From a bacterium (GTDB lineage: Bacteria; J088; JAWLBW01): a stretch of 64,000 nt of DNA. Position 1 is the stretch's first letter, and every line of letters begins with the position of its first letter. Below the pieces are notes generated by a model. It did not search any database. It was not told where the DNA came from and saw only the letters and a list, made by a program, of their open reading frames with translations. Shown piece by piece: positions 19,645-31,234 of the stretch. The stretch covers positions 235,428-299,427 of the forward strand of contig JAWLHK010000003.1 in NCBI GenBank assembly GCA_041690355.1, read 5' to 3'. The position numbers were made by a program, and so were the translations under genes.

Positions 19645-21102
19645 ATGGGGATGCGCATCCTGGTCGTCGACGGCGCGCCGCGCCGCGACTGGCTGGCAGA
19701 ACATCTGGGCGCGCTGGGCAACGTGATCACGGCGGCCACCGTGCACGCGGCCCGGCGGCTCGTCGCGGGGCAGCCGTGGGACTACGTGCTCATCGGCGAC
19801 GTGCGCGAGGCCGAGCAGTTCGGCCGCGAGTTGCGCGAGGCCCCCGAGCCCAGCGCCGCGGGCGTGCCCCGGCCGGTCTGCATCGGGATCGACAGCCGCC
19901 CCGTCCTGGACGAAAACCTGGGGCTCGAACACTATTCCACTGAAGAGAAGCGGGCGGTCGTGGCCGCCTTTGTGCGCCGCCGCAGCCGCGTTTCTTCCGT
20001 TGCCGAAGAGGCGGGCGACCTGCAGCAGCAGCTGGTCGAGATGCGGCGCAGAGACGAAGAGGTCTGCCGCGCCAACCGCAGACTTTCGACCCTGCTCGAA
20101 GAGACCCGCCGCATGCTCAGCCCCGACGACGAAGAGGCCGCGCTGGCCGAGCTGCTGCGCACGGCCTCGCAACTCGGCGGCGGCGTGCCGGCCGCCCTGA
20201 TCGTGGCGCGCAAGGAAGGGCTGGTCGTGCGCCAGGTTCACGGGATTCCCGGCGAGCGCATCGGCTCGGATCCGCTGGGAGAGCGGCCGCGGCGCCGCAT
20301 CGCCCCGTTCGAACGCCTGCTCGAGCCTCCCGAACTCGACGACGCCCTCTGCCGGCTGTTCGACACCGACCGCTACTACGTGATCCCCCTGCGTCACGAA
20401 GCGCGCGCGCAGGCCCTCATCGCCCTCGGCGGCGACCCCGCCGAAGCCGACCGTGGCGGTCTCCAGCTGCTCGCGCCGCTCGCGGCCATGAACCTGCGTC
20501 TGCGCCGTCGCATGCGCCAGCTGCGCACCCAGGCGGATCAGGACGGCCTCACGCGATTGAAGAATCATGCCGCGGTAAAGCGCCAGCTGCGGCTCGAAGT
20601 CAAACGCCATCAGCGCCTGGGCCGCCCGCTTTCGGTCATTCTCTTCGACCTCGATCACTTCAAGCGCGTCAACGACACGCACGGCCACCTGGCTGGAGAC
20701 AAGGTGCTGTGCACGGTCGCCGAAATGCTTCGGCGCAGCAGCCGCGAAACCGACACCATCGGGCGGTACGGGGGCGAAGAGTTCGTCATGCTCCTCCCCG
20801 ACACCGGACGCGCCGGCGCCGAGCAGAAGGTTCTCACCCTGCTCGCAAGTTTACGCGAAGTACAGCTGTCGGGTACCGGACCGCTTACCTTCAGCGCCGG
20901 CATTGCCGAGTTCCCACGCGACGGACAGACCCCGACCGAACTGTTCGCCTCGGCCGACGCCGCCCTGTATGCGGCCAAACGGGCCGGGCGCGACCAGGTC
21001 GTCACTTATACGGAGTGGCTCGAAGAAGAGTTCCGGCGCGGCGACTCCCTCTTTCCCGCCGACCGCTTCGCAGGCAGCGAATCGACCGGCGATCATCCAT
21101 AA
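19645..21102 (+). CDS. Diguanylate cyclase (degenerate REC, coiled coil, GAF-like, GGDEF)
   Basis: DGLTRLKN, DLDHFKRVNDTHGHLAGD, RETD I-site, RYGGEEF. Confidence 0.9.
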   Translation: MGMRILVVDGAPRRDWLAEHLGALGNVITAATVHAARRLVAGQPWDYVLIGDVREAEQFGRELREAPEPSAAGVPRPVCIGIDSRPVLDENLGLEHYSTEEKRAVVAAFVRRRSRVSSVAEEAGDLQQQLVEMRRRDEEVCRANRRLSTLLEETRRMLSPDDEEAALAELLRTASQLGGGVPAALIVARKEGLVVRQVHGIPGERIGSDPLGERPRRRIAPFERLLEPPELDDALCRLFDTDRYYVIPLRHEARAQALIALGGDPAEADRGGLQLLAPLAAMNLRLRRRMRQLRTQADQDGLTRLKNHAAVKRQLRLEVKRHQRLGRPLSVILFDLDHFKRVNDTHGHLAGDKVLCTVAEMLRRSSRETDTIGRYGGEEFVMLLPDTGRAGAEQKVLTLLASLREVQLSGTGPLTFSAGIAEFPRDGQTPTELFASADAALYAAKRAGRDQVVTYTEWLEEEFRRGDSLFPADRFAGSESTGDHP

Positions 21103-21107
21103 ATCAG

Positions 21108-21136
21108 AAAACCCGCCCCCCGGGTCGGGGGGCGGG
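21108..21136 (-). terminator. Rho-independent terminator between converging dgc and eno
   Basis: CCCGCCCCCCG/CGGGGGGCGGG stem with T-run on the minus strand. Confidence 0.7.
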
Positions 21137-21159
21137 CTGGATTCCAACCGCAGCCGCAC

Positions 21160-22744
<1,585 letters not shown>

Positions 22745-22942
22745 GGCTCCCTCCGGTGCGAAGTGCGCCGAGGCGCCGGAGCAGAAAGGTGGGATTGTAC
22801 ACCGGAGACCGCAGCGCTTCAACAGGGCCCGGGCTTACCTGTTCGGCAACATGTAGACAGCAGATACGCAATTCCGTCTGGAAATTTCCTTCCGCCTTTG
22901 ATAGGCTGGCCGAGTTCCCCCTCTTCTCCCAGGGTTCTCTGA

Positions 22943-24151
22943 GTGATTTCTGCCGAACAGGAACGCGATGAGCTCCGCGCGCGTCTCGAAAGGCTGGCCC
23001 TCGACCTGGCCGCCAGCGAGCAGCGGGTCAGTGCCGGCGCCGAGTTCGTCGCCCGCCTGAGCCACGAGCTGCGCACGCCGCTGACGGCCATCCTGGGGTA
23101 CGCCGAGATCCTGCGCATCCACACGCGCGGCCGCCTGCCCCCCGAGCAGGTGCATCAGATCGAAATCATCGAGCGCAGCGGGCAGGCCCTGCTCAGGCTG
23201 ATCACGGCGGCGATGGACTGGTCGCGCATCGAGAACGGGCGCATGCAGCCGGTGCCGCGCGAATTCAACCTGCGCGAACTCTTCGAGGGTTTTGCCGAGG
23301 CCATGCTCCCCATGGCCGACGCCAAGGGGCTCGCCTTCGATCTCGAACTCGATGCGGACTGTCCGGAGGAGTTCGTGACCGACCCCGACCTGCTGCAGCA
23401 GGTCGTCTCGAATCTGACCTCCAACGCCATCAAATACACCGAGCGCGGTTCGGTCAGGCTGCGCGTGCGCTGTTCGCCACTCGACCTGCGCTGCGACGTC
23501 ACCGATACCGGCCCCGGAATTCCGCGCAGCGAGCATGGGCGGGTCTTCGAAGAGTTTCACCGCCTGCAGCCCCGCCAGGAGGGGACGGGCCTCGGCCTGT
23601 CGATCACCAAGGGGCTCGTCGAAGTTCTGGGCGGCCGCATCCGCCTCGACAGTGAGCCGGGGCGCGGAAGCCGGTTCGAAGTCGCCGTCCCCCGCCTGGC
23701 CCCCCGGGCCGAACCGATCGAGCGAAGGCAGGGGAGCGACCTGTATTTCGAGACGGGTTCAGGCGCCGGACGGATTCTCATCGTCGACGACAACGCCGAC
23801 AACCGCGATCTGCTGCGCGAGCTGCTTGTGGAACAGGGCTTTGCCGTCGACGCCGTCGAAGACGGGCGCGATTGCCTCGAGTTCCTGAGCCGCAGCCTGC
23901 CCGATCTCATCGTCATGGACATGATGATGCCGCAGATCGACGGATTCGAGACGACGCGCCGCCTGCGCAGCATCTATCCGGCCAACAAACTCCCGGTCAT
24001 CGGCGTGACGGCGCTGGCCGGCGAACAGGATCGCGAACGGGTGCTCGCCGCCGGTTGCAACCACTGTTTGACAAAGCCCATCGACCTGCGCCAGCTCCTG
24101 CACGTCATCCACACGTGGATCGACGGCCTCGACAAGGCGAAGTCCGGATAA
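22943..24151 (+). CDS. Hybrid histidine kinase (HisKA-HATPase-REC) with no evident sensor domain
   Basis: LSHELRTPL, NAIKYT, DTGPGI, GTGLGL, C-terminal REC (IVDDN, MDMMMP, TKP). Confidence 0.9.
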   Translation: MISAEQERDELRARLERLALDLAASEQRVSAGAEFVARLSHELRTPLTAILGYAEILRIHTRGRLPPEQVHQIEIIERSGQALLRLITAAMDWSRIENGRMQPVPREFNLRELFEGFAEAMLPMADAKGLAFDLELDADCPEEFVTDPDLLQQVVSNLTSNAIKYTERGSVRLRVRCSPLDLRCDVTDTGPGIPRSEHGRVFEEFHRLQPRQEGTGLGLSITKGLVEVLGGRIRLDSEPGRGSRFEVAVPRLAPRAEPIERRQGSDLYFETGSGAGRILIVDDNADNRDLLRELLVEQGFAVDAVEDGRDCLEFLSRSLPDLIVMDMMMPQIDGFETTRRLRSIYPANKLPVIGVTALAGEQDRERVLAAGCNHCLTKPIDLRQLLHVIHTWIDGLDKAKSG

Positions 24152-24179
24152 TTACAGGAATTTTTACCATCCCGACGGC

Positions 24180-24208
24180 TTGACCCCCTCCCGGCGAAGT
24201 GGTATTGT
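24180..24208 (+). promoter_or_regulatory. Sigma70 promoter of the lipoprotein operon
   Basis: TTGACC-17 nt-TATTGT with TG extension. Confidence 0.6.
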
Positions 24209-24263
24209 TACTAACTGCCTGTTTACCAAGGCGCGAACCACTCCGCTGGTCTGGGAGCCGACC

Positions 24264-26729
24264 ATGAAAACCTCCGTAGCCCCGGTGTTTACGCTGCTGG
24301 CCGCCCTTAGCGTTGCGGCCTGCGACAACGACCCCGCCCCGTCCGCCGTATGCAAACCGCGTTTGGTAAGCCTTGCGCCGACGCAGAAAACGGCGCACAC
24401 GGCGAACGTCGGAGAATTCGTTTCGTTCTTCGCCGAGGATGCCGGCTGCGCAGAGGGCGAGCAGTACAACGTCCGCTGGAAGCTCGGCGACAAGGTGGTC
24501 AGCTACGCGAACGATTATCTGTTCGTCGCCTGTTCTACCGACATTCCCGACGGCCAGCAGGAGGCCGTATTCGATGTCATGGCCGAGGCTGTGACCTACA
24601 CGACCACCGAAGATTCCACCCAGGAGGTTGTCGTAGCCTCGCATGCGTGGAAGCTCACCGTGCGCGACATCGCGCGCCCCGATCGCCCGTCCTGCTACGA
24701 GAAATCGATCAGCGACGTGCAGAACCTGACGAGCGCCGACACCGAAGAGGGTCAGCAGCAGCTCAAGGACGCCGCCACCTGCCTCGACACCTACCTCGCC
24801 GATTACGCCTGCGATTTCGAAGCCGCCTATGCCACGGCGCTGGCCAAATCGGCCCTGTTCGGCGAAAGCCTTTTCCCCCGCTACATGGACCGTCTGAACT
24901 TCAGCCAGGAAGACGTCCAGGCGATTGTCGAAGACGAAATCGAGCCCATCCGCCGCAACTTCCTGGTCATCACCGAGAAGGCGCCCGATGATTTCGCGTT
25001 CTTCGTGCAGGGGCTCTTCGAGGTCTTCGTCATGAAGGATGCGCCCGACCTCGAGGGGGACGACACCATCCGCATGTATGCGAACGGAAGTCACGACAAG
25101 GGCGAAGCGCGCATGATTCTCACGATGCTGAACGCCCTCGACGGGTTTCTGAGCATCATGCTCGCCAACGAAGGGGCCATCGAGTTCGGCCTGCACACGC
25201 CCCCCGGCGAAAACTCGACGACGATTCAGAACCGGCTCATCACGAACCTCGAGGCCGATCCGGAATTCTTCACCTTTGCCGACGCCGTCGACGATGCGGG
25301 CGCCGAGGTTGCCGACGCTGAAGGCAAGCGGCTGATGAAGCTTGCGCAGAACCATTTCATCCAGGCGATCGAGAACGCGGTGCTCGTCTTCGACCGGGTG
25401 CGCAGCGAGACCCACGACCAGGCGAACGACCTGATCCGCTACTGGGACTGCGGGCTCGACGCCGTCTGCCCCGCCCGCTGCAGCTATATGCCCCAGGGGC
25501 AGTACATCAATCCGTCGCTCAAGGGCGACACGGCTGAATACAATGAGACTTTCTTTCAGAGCTGCGAAGAGGCCGGCGGCAGCTACGAAGATCGCAACCT
25601 GAACGGCAAGTGCGACGAGAAGTGGACGCGCGCCGATCTGGGGGAATGCAATCAGGCCTTCGACGACGGCGAAATCATCGGCACGACGCGCATCGCCTGG
25701 GGCCAGAGTGCACCGAAGCGCCAGGCCCCGCAGACCGACGTCAAGGTCATTCAGAAAGTGCTGCGTATCCTGCAGGATAACCTGCGCGGGCCCGATGCCC
25801 TGCCGCTCGACAAGATCGGCGAAGAGGCCGGGCTGGCGCCGCGTTTCATCTCGAGCGGCATGCTGGCGTTGGGCATCCCCTATCCCGAGGTTCGCCTGAG
25901 CGAGTTCTTCGTCACCCCGAACAGCTTTCGCCAGCTCGTGCCCCTCTACAGCAAGGCCGAGAAGATGTTCATTCTCTCTCTCGAGAACGAACCCTTCGAC
26001 GACTTCGGGTACGACTGGCTGGCCGACAAAGACGAACCGCATTACGGCAAGGCGACCAATCCCGACAACCCGTCGGACACGACCTGGAACCCGCTCGATC
26101 CGGCCTTCGACAACCTGGATCCATTCTGCAACCCGATCTGCAACGAGAACGACGGTCGCGACAACGACGGCGACGGGCTGGTCGACTGGAACGACCGCAA
26201 GTACGGGATTACCAAGGATCTCGGCGTCGAGGGGAATTTCGTTTTCGATTTCATCGACGCGCAACCCCACAACGGCGTGCACGACCCGGGCGAAAAAAGC
26301 GAATGGTTCAAGGACGTAGGTACCGTCAATGCTTCGGGCCGCACGATCGGAGCCGGAGACAAGAAATGGAACAAGGCCGACCGCGCGCACCAGTGGCCCA
26401 CGGGCGCCGACGTCGGGCCCGTTTCGGATCTTGCGCGCGAGGATGATCCCCCGAACGGCGCCCTCACCGAACTGCCCGACGGTCTCTACGATCCGTACTA
26501 CTTCATGTTTCAGGACCCGACCTTCAGCGGCCTGGTGCACTTCATCGTCGATCCGAACCGCCCCACGGTCGACCTGACGAACAGCAACGGCGTCTCGCTG
26601 CCAAACAACGCGCGGCTCCACCGCTTTGAATCCAAGGTGCTCGATACGCTGTTCGAATTCGAGTTCCGCGAGGCCAACGCGCACCCGTGCGCCTACGCCA
26701 ATTCGACACTCTGCAATCGCTGGGAGTAA
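24264..26729 (+). CDS. Large Cys/Asp-rich hypothetical lipoprotein
   Basis: ATG 24264 with GGGAG RBS; lipobox VAAC; many Cys; DNDGDGLVD and DRNLNGKCD Ca-binding-like loops. Confidence 0.8.
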   Translation: MKTSVAPVFTLLAALSVAACDNDPAPSAVCKPRLVSLAPTQKTAHTANVGEFVSFFAEDAGCAEGEQYNVRWKLGDKVVSYANDYLFVACSTDIPDGQQEAVFDVMAEAVTYTTTEDSTQEVVVASHAWKLTVRDIARPDRPSCYEKSISDVQNLTSADTEEGQQQLKDAATCLDTYLADYACDFEAAYATALAKSALFGESLFPRYMDRLNFSQEDVQAIVEDEIEPIRRNFLVITEKAPDDFAFFVQGLFEVFVMKDAPDLEGDDTIRMYANGSHDKGEARMILTMLNALDGFLSIMLANEGAIEFGLHTPPGENSTTIQNRLITNLEADPEFFTFADAVDDAGAEVADAEGKRLMKLAQNHFIQAIENAVLVFDRVRSETHDQANDLIRYWDCGLDAVCPARCSYMPQGQYINPSLKGDTAEYNETFFQSCEEAGGSYEDRNLNGKCDEKWTRADLGECNQAFDDGEIIGTTRIAWGQSAPKRQAPQTDVKVIQKVLRILQDNLRGPDALPLDKIGEEAGLAPRFISSGMLALGIPYPEVRLSEFFVTPNSFRQLVPLYSKAEKMFILSLENEPFDDFGYDWLADKDEPHYGKATNPDNPSDTTWNPLDPAFDNLDPFCNPICNENDGRDNDGDGLVDWNDRKYGITKDLGVEGNFVFDFIDAQPHNGVHDPGEKSEWFKDVGTVNASGRTIGAGDKKWNKADRAHQWPTGADVGPVSDLAREDDPPNGALTELPDGLYDPYYFMFQDPTFSGLVHFIVDPNRPTVDLTNSNGVSLPNNARLHRFESKVLDTLFEFEFREANAHPCAYANSTLCNRWE

Positions 26730-26735
26730 TCGTTC

Positions 26736-29585
26736 ATGCGTCAACGCCTGCTCGCCGCAGCGCTCGCCGCGGCATCCTTCGCCCCTTTCGCCGCCTGCAC
26801 GAGCGAACCACCTCAGGTCTGCGACGGCATTCCCAATGTGGCCTTCAGCAAGGATCCGACCGCGCTCTATCCGAGCGGCGGCGGATGTCTGTACGTCGAT
26901 CTGCGCCTGGCCTGCGCCGAGGCCGACGACGTTCCGGCGGCGACGACCGTGTGCATGACGCTCGACGGCACCGACCCCGATCCCAGCCGGGCGTCGACCT
27001 ATTGCCTGCCGGCGCCCGTGCGCGAGATTCCGATCTGCACGGCGGGTAAGACCTGCCTGCGCTATTACCTCGTCGGCGCCGACGGCAGCCAGGGGAGCGT
27101 GCAGGAAACCTGCTACACCGTCGCGCCGCCGCCGGTGGTCACCTGTGAACCCGGCTCGCGCCTGTCGAATCAGGACGTCGAAGTCAGCCTGCGCAGCAGC
27201 AAGGAAAAGACGACCATCGTCTACACCACCGACGGCACCGACCCCGATCCGGAAGACGTGAACGCCCAGAAGGCCCCCGCGCCGGTCGCGCTCTCGCTCA
27301 GCCGGACCACGACGGTCAAGTTCATCGGCATCGACGAAGCCGGCAACGTGAGCGCCCGCGAGAGCTGCACTTACCAGATCGACAAGGTGGCCCCCATCAC
27401 GACGGCCGATCCGACGCCCGAAGCGGCGCCGGCGGCGGGCAACATCGCGCTTGCGCTGCAGACGAACGAATCGGCGACGATCTATTACACAACCGACGGG
27501 TCGACTCCGGATCCGCAGCGCATCGAACCCGACGGCACCACGCAGTACGCGCTGCTGCAGGCGAGCACGACGCTCACGCGCAGCGCCTTCGTCACCTTCT
27601 ACGCCGTCGACATGGCGGGCAACGTCGAGACGCCGACGCAGGAGTTGGTCTATCACATCGGCGGCAAGCCGGCGGTCGGCGTGAACCCGTCGGGCGGCTT
27701 CTTTGCCGAGACGGCCATCGACGTCACGCTGCGCGCCGCCCCCGCCAACGAAGACGACCCGTATGAAATCTGGTATACGACCAACGGCGACGACCCGGCC
27801 CGCAACGGCTCGACGAGCACGAAGTGCCCGGGCGATCCCTGCGTGATCTCCGACTTTGACCAGGAAGGGGAATACGAGCTCAAGTACATCGCCGTTTCGA
27901 ACCCCGGCGCGGGTACCGAGAAAACCTCCGATATCCACTCGGCGGTCTTCCTGCTCGGCGTGACCGCCCCCCCGTTCTTTCGGGAATACAATTTCACGCA
28001 GGCGAATTTGATGGACGCCGGCGATACCGACCTGACCGTCGAGATGAGCACGGCGAAGGGCTATGCGCGCCTGCGCCGCGTGCGGCCGACTTACGTGGGG
28101 GGCACCAACATTCCGCGCAATGACTACGCCACGGGTCTCGAGGCCCGCTGGGCGGCCGTCAACGGCGGCAGCGGCCTGCACGTCTACTACGCCATGGGCA
28201 GTGGCGCCTACGGAGAGCTGCGGGAGTACGTCAGTACGAACCTGACCGGGGCGCTCTGGTCGCAATGTTTCCCGATGAATCTCTTCTTCAATGCCGGATG
28301 CGGGGTGGGGACGATCATCGGGCCGGTTCTGGGGGTGTCGCCCTTCATCGACAACACCTTCCGGGTGAACCTGATTACGCCGTGGACGGCTGCCAACAAC
28401 CAGGGGGGCATTGCCCGCTGGACGTTCACCTACGGCGGCGCCGTCACACGCCCCTGGACGCACACGAACCAGACGCAGTTCGCGCAGGTCGGCGACGCCG
28501 TCGCCGACGAGTTCTATGGTCCCCAGGAACTTCCGAAGTCTGACTCGGTCGTCGATACCTTCTCGCAAACGGCTTTCATCCCCCGGCACACGGGTGGTCA
28601 GCATACGGTCTGGGCCTATGAGGTCACGAACGGGACCCAGAAGGCCGGCACCACGCCCCCCGCCCTTTCGGCGCGCGCAACTGCACTGGCGACGTTCACG
28701 ACGCCGAGCTTCGCACGCCTGCTGGGGGTCGGAACCGAAAATGGGAAGTTCCTGATTCTCAACCAGGCCACGCTGGCCACCATCGCCACCATCGGGGGCT
28801 CCTGCCCGACTGGCGTTCCCTGCAGGGTCAACAGCGTGTCGTGGGTGACCACGGGGGGGAACAACTACGCGCTGCTCGGCATGGGATACTACAGCGACCC
28901 GGTGACCGGGCAGGTTGCGGTCGTAAGGGTGGACAACAGCGGAAACATCACAGGTGTCGACGCGGCGGCCCTGCCGACGACCGACGATTTCGCCATCCGC
29001 GGGCCGGTCGAAGCCATCCGTGTTGCGACCGGGACCAACGTCGCCGTGGCCGCCATCCGCGAGCAGGGGATCGTGCTCTTCGACTTGACCGACCTGGCCA
29101 ACCTCCAGGTGCACTCGCGCGGCTTTGCTGCCGGGCGCGACTTCAGCGACACCTACTTCACGGCCGTCGACATCGACCTGAATCAGACCGGGACGGGAAC
29201 GCAGAACCGCATTCTCGCCGTCGACGGCGCGACCTATCAGACCGACAACGGGGCGCCCCGCAGTGACGGCGGCTTCCGCGTATTCGAGCTGCCGTCGAAC
29301 GTCGACGCCTGGGAGACCACCGGCGAGTTCGTATCCACGAACATCAACGGCGCCAAGCGGGTGAGCTCGGTTACGCTCGAAGCGGCCACGCCCGATCCGC
29401 TCGACGGGGTCACCGTCAAGTTCCGCGCCGACGGCGTCGACCTCGACGAACCGGTCGGGATCGGCAACCGCCTGAACTTCGACAACCCGCCGCTTGATCT
29501 GCGCTTCCGCCTCATCTTCTCGGGTGACGGCTCGGCCACGAAGCAGGTCAAGTATCTCAAGTTCAAAATGACTCCGGTTGAATAA
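26736..29585 (+). CDS. Lipoprotein with four CHB_HEX_C/Fn3-associated repeats and a C-terminal LVIVD-like beta-propeller
   Basis: Lipobox FAAC; TLDGTDP, YTTDGTDP, YTTDGSTP, YTTNGDDP; blade-like QGIVLFDLTDLAN and GGFRVFEL. Confidence 0.8.
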   Translation: MRQRLLAAALAAASFAPFAACTSEPPQVCDGIPNVAFSKDPTALYPSGGGCLYVDLRLACAEADDVPAATTVCMTLDGTDPDPSRASTYCLPAPVREIPICTAGKTCLRYYLVGADGSQGSVQETCYTVAPPPVVTCEPGSRLSNQDVEVSLRSSKEKTTIVYTTDGTDPDPEDVNAQKAPAPVALSLSRTTTVKFIGIDEAGNVSARESCTYQIDKVAPITTADPTPEAAPAAGNIALALQTNESATIYYTTDGSTPDPQRIEPDGTTQYALLQASTTLTRSAFVTFYAVDMAGNVETPTQELVYHIGGKPAVGVNPSGGFFAETAIDVTLRAAPANEDDPYEIWYTTNGDDPARNGSTSTKCPGDPCVISDFDQEGEYELKYIAVSNPGAGTEKTSDIHSAVFLLGVTAPPFFREYNFTQANLMDAGDTDLTVEMSTAKGYARLRRVRPTYVGGTNIPRNDYATGLEARWAAVNGGSGLHVYYAMGSGAYGELREYVSTNLTGALWSQCFPMNLFFNAGCGVGTIIGPVLGVSPFIDNTFRVNLITPWTAANNQGGIARWTFTYGGAVTRPWTHTNQTQFAQVGDAVADEFYGPQELPKSDSVVDTFSQTAFIPRHTGGQHTVWAYEVTNGTQKAGTTPPALSARATALATFTTPSFARLLGVGTENGKFLILNQATLATIATIGGSCPTGVPCRVNSVSWVTTGGNNYALLGMGYYSDPVTGQVAVVRVDNSGNITGVDAAALPTTDDFAIRGPVEAIRVATGTNVAVAAIREQGIVLFDLTDLANLQVHSRGFAAGRDFSDTYFTAVDIDLNQTGTGTQNRILAVDGATYQTDNGAPRSDGGFRVFELPSNVDAWETTGEFVSTNINGAKRVSSVTLEAATPDPLDGVTVKFRADGVDLDEPVGIGNRLNFDNPPLDLRFRLIFSGDGSATKQVKYLKFKMTPVE

Positions 29586-30814
29586 TGAAGCGCTACGTAT
29601 TACCCGCCCTTCTGCTCCTCGCAGCGGCCTGCGGCCGCGAAGAGGAAGATCCTGCTCTGGAGGCGGCCGGCGCCGCGGGTGTCCAGACGGTCGTTCTGCC
29701 GTCGGACATCCAGTGGCTGAACACCGGCATCGTCATGCGCCCCGGAACGCGCGTCCACATCCAGCCGGCGCCGTCGCAGCTCGACGAAGCCCTGGGGGTC
29801 GATGAAGCGAACATGCGCGCCGACATTCCCGCGAGCGGCTCGTTCGGGCTCCTGGCCCGTGTCGGCGAACATGGGCTGCCCGTCGCCGTGGGCGAAGGCG
29901 TTGCCCTGCAGGCGAGTTCGCACACCTGGGGCGAAGGCGTCTTCATCGGCCGCAACGGCCGGCCAAGCGATTTCAGTGCCGCGAACGGCGCCGCCGAAGA
30001 CGTGACGCACGTGGCCGAGACGGTGCTCAACGACCTGACGGTCATCCTGGAAGTCGAAAAGACGACCTCGCCGGCGCCGCTCGCCCCCGTCATGGGATTC
30101 TTTACGAGCAACCCGAGCCCGACCTTCGACTGGGATGACTCGGAAGACGCCTTCAAGTACGTCTTCGAACTCTCGATGTATCCCGACTTCCGTGACCAGC
30201 TGCTCAACCTCGAGCCCACCGCATCCAGCGTGAGCCTGGCCGCGCTCCAGAGCGACGACAACTCGGGTACGCCCACGATTCCCGGCCAGTCGAACCCCTC
30301 GGCGTCACTCGGAGAAGGGGTGTACTACTGGCGGGTGCGGGCGCAGGTGAACACCTGCCGCACCATCGCCCCCTGCTTCACGTGGACCGACCACAGCGTC
30401 GTACACGCCTTCGGCCGTGAAACTCGCGCGGCGCTCCCCCAGCCCCGGGTGCTCACGCCGGCGGCCGGCGATCGCTTCAACAGCGGCGAGCCGGTGCTTC
30501 TCGAGCTTACGCAGGTTCCCGACGCGAGCGGGCTGTTCTGGCGCTACCAGCTCTATCACGGCGCGTGCGGCACGGTGATCAACCCGGCCAACGCACAGCC
30601 CAAGACCGTGAGCCCGTGGTACGTGTTCCGCCGCGAATTCCGCAACAACTTCATCGGCGACGCGCCCCAGCGCTATGCCGCCCGGCCGCTGCGCGACCTG
30701 TCGAACGGTTCTTACGTCGTGCGCCTGGAGACGGTCGACGGCGCCGATGGCGCGGCCCTGGATACCGCCCGCGCCGGCCGCCGCGACGTGGCCTTCACGG
30801 TCGGCTGTAACTGA
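29585..30814 (+). CDS. Lipoprotein with LecA/PA-IL-like and Ig/Fn3-like domains
   Basis: Lipobox AAAC; WLNTGIVMRPG...GLLARVGE...VGEG; PTFDW...YVFELS...GVYYWRVRA; TAATG coupling to the upstream gene. Confidence 0.72.
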   Translation: MKRYVLPALLLLAAACGREEEDPALEAAGAAGVQTVVLPSDIQWLNTGIVMRPGTRVHIQPAPSQLDEALGVDEANMRADIPASGSFGLLARVGEHGLPVAVGEGVALQASSHTWGEGVFIGRNGRPSDFSAANGAAEDVTHVAETVLNDLTVILEVEKTTSPAPLAPVMGFFTSNPSPTFDWDDSEDAFKYVFELSMYPDFRDQLLNLEPTASSVSLAALQSDDNSGTPTIPGQSNPSASLGEGVYYWRVRAQVNTCRTIAPCFTWTDHSVVHAFGRETRAALPQPRVLTPAAGDRFNSGEPVLLELTQVPDASGLFWRYQLYHGACGTVINPANAQPKTVSPWYVFRREFRNNFIGDAPQRYAARPLRDLSNGSYVVRLETVDGADGAALDTARAGRRDVAFTVGCN

Positions 30815-30835
30815 CCGGCGCACTTCGGACGTAGA

Positions 30836-31231
30836 ATGGCGCTCTCGCCTTCGCTCGTTTTGACCGCCGCGTGGCTCTTCGCCGCGCTGGCGGGTCTGGT
30901 CGCCCTGTTTCAGCTGGCCCTGGCGCTGGGGGCGCCCTGGGGGGCCGTGGCCATGGGGGGCGTCCACCCCGGACGGCTGCCACACGCCTACCGCATCGCG
31001 GCGCTCGGCCAGATGGTCCTGCTTGGCCTGCTGGCCTTGGTGGTACTGAGCGGGGCCGGCCTCTATCCCGATCCGCAGAACTGGTCGGCGGTGCTCGTCT
31101 GGGTCGCCGTCGGCTTCAGCGCCCTGGCCGTCGTGGCCAATCTGGCCACGCCGAGCCGCTGGGAGCGCCGCATCTGGGCTCCCGTGGCGGTACTCATGTT
31201 CCTGAGCAGCCTGGCGGTCGCGCTGGCCTGA
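30836..31231 (+). CDS. Small four-TM membrane protein
   Basis: FQLALALGAPWG..AMGG and NLATPSRWERRIWAPV motifs; highly hydrophobic. Confidence 0.75.
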   Translation: MALSPSLVLTAAWLFAALAGLVALFQLALALGAPWGAVAMGGVHPGRLPHAYRIAALGQMVLLGLLALVVLSGAGLYPDPQNWSAVLVWVAVGFSALAVVANLATPSRWERRIWAPVAVLMFLSSLAVALA

Positions 31232-31234
31232 CGA

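Noticed and set aside
24105..29114. 1669-aa minus-strand ORF
   Set aside because: Antisense shadow of the lipoprotein genes, which have a promoter, RBS and lipoboxes on the plus strand
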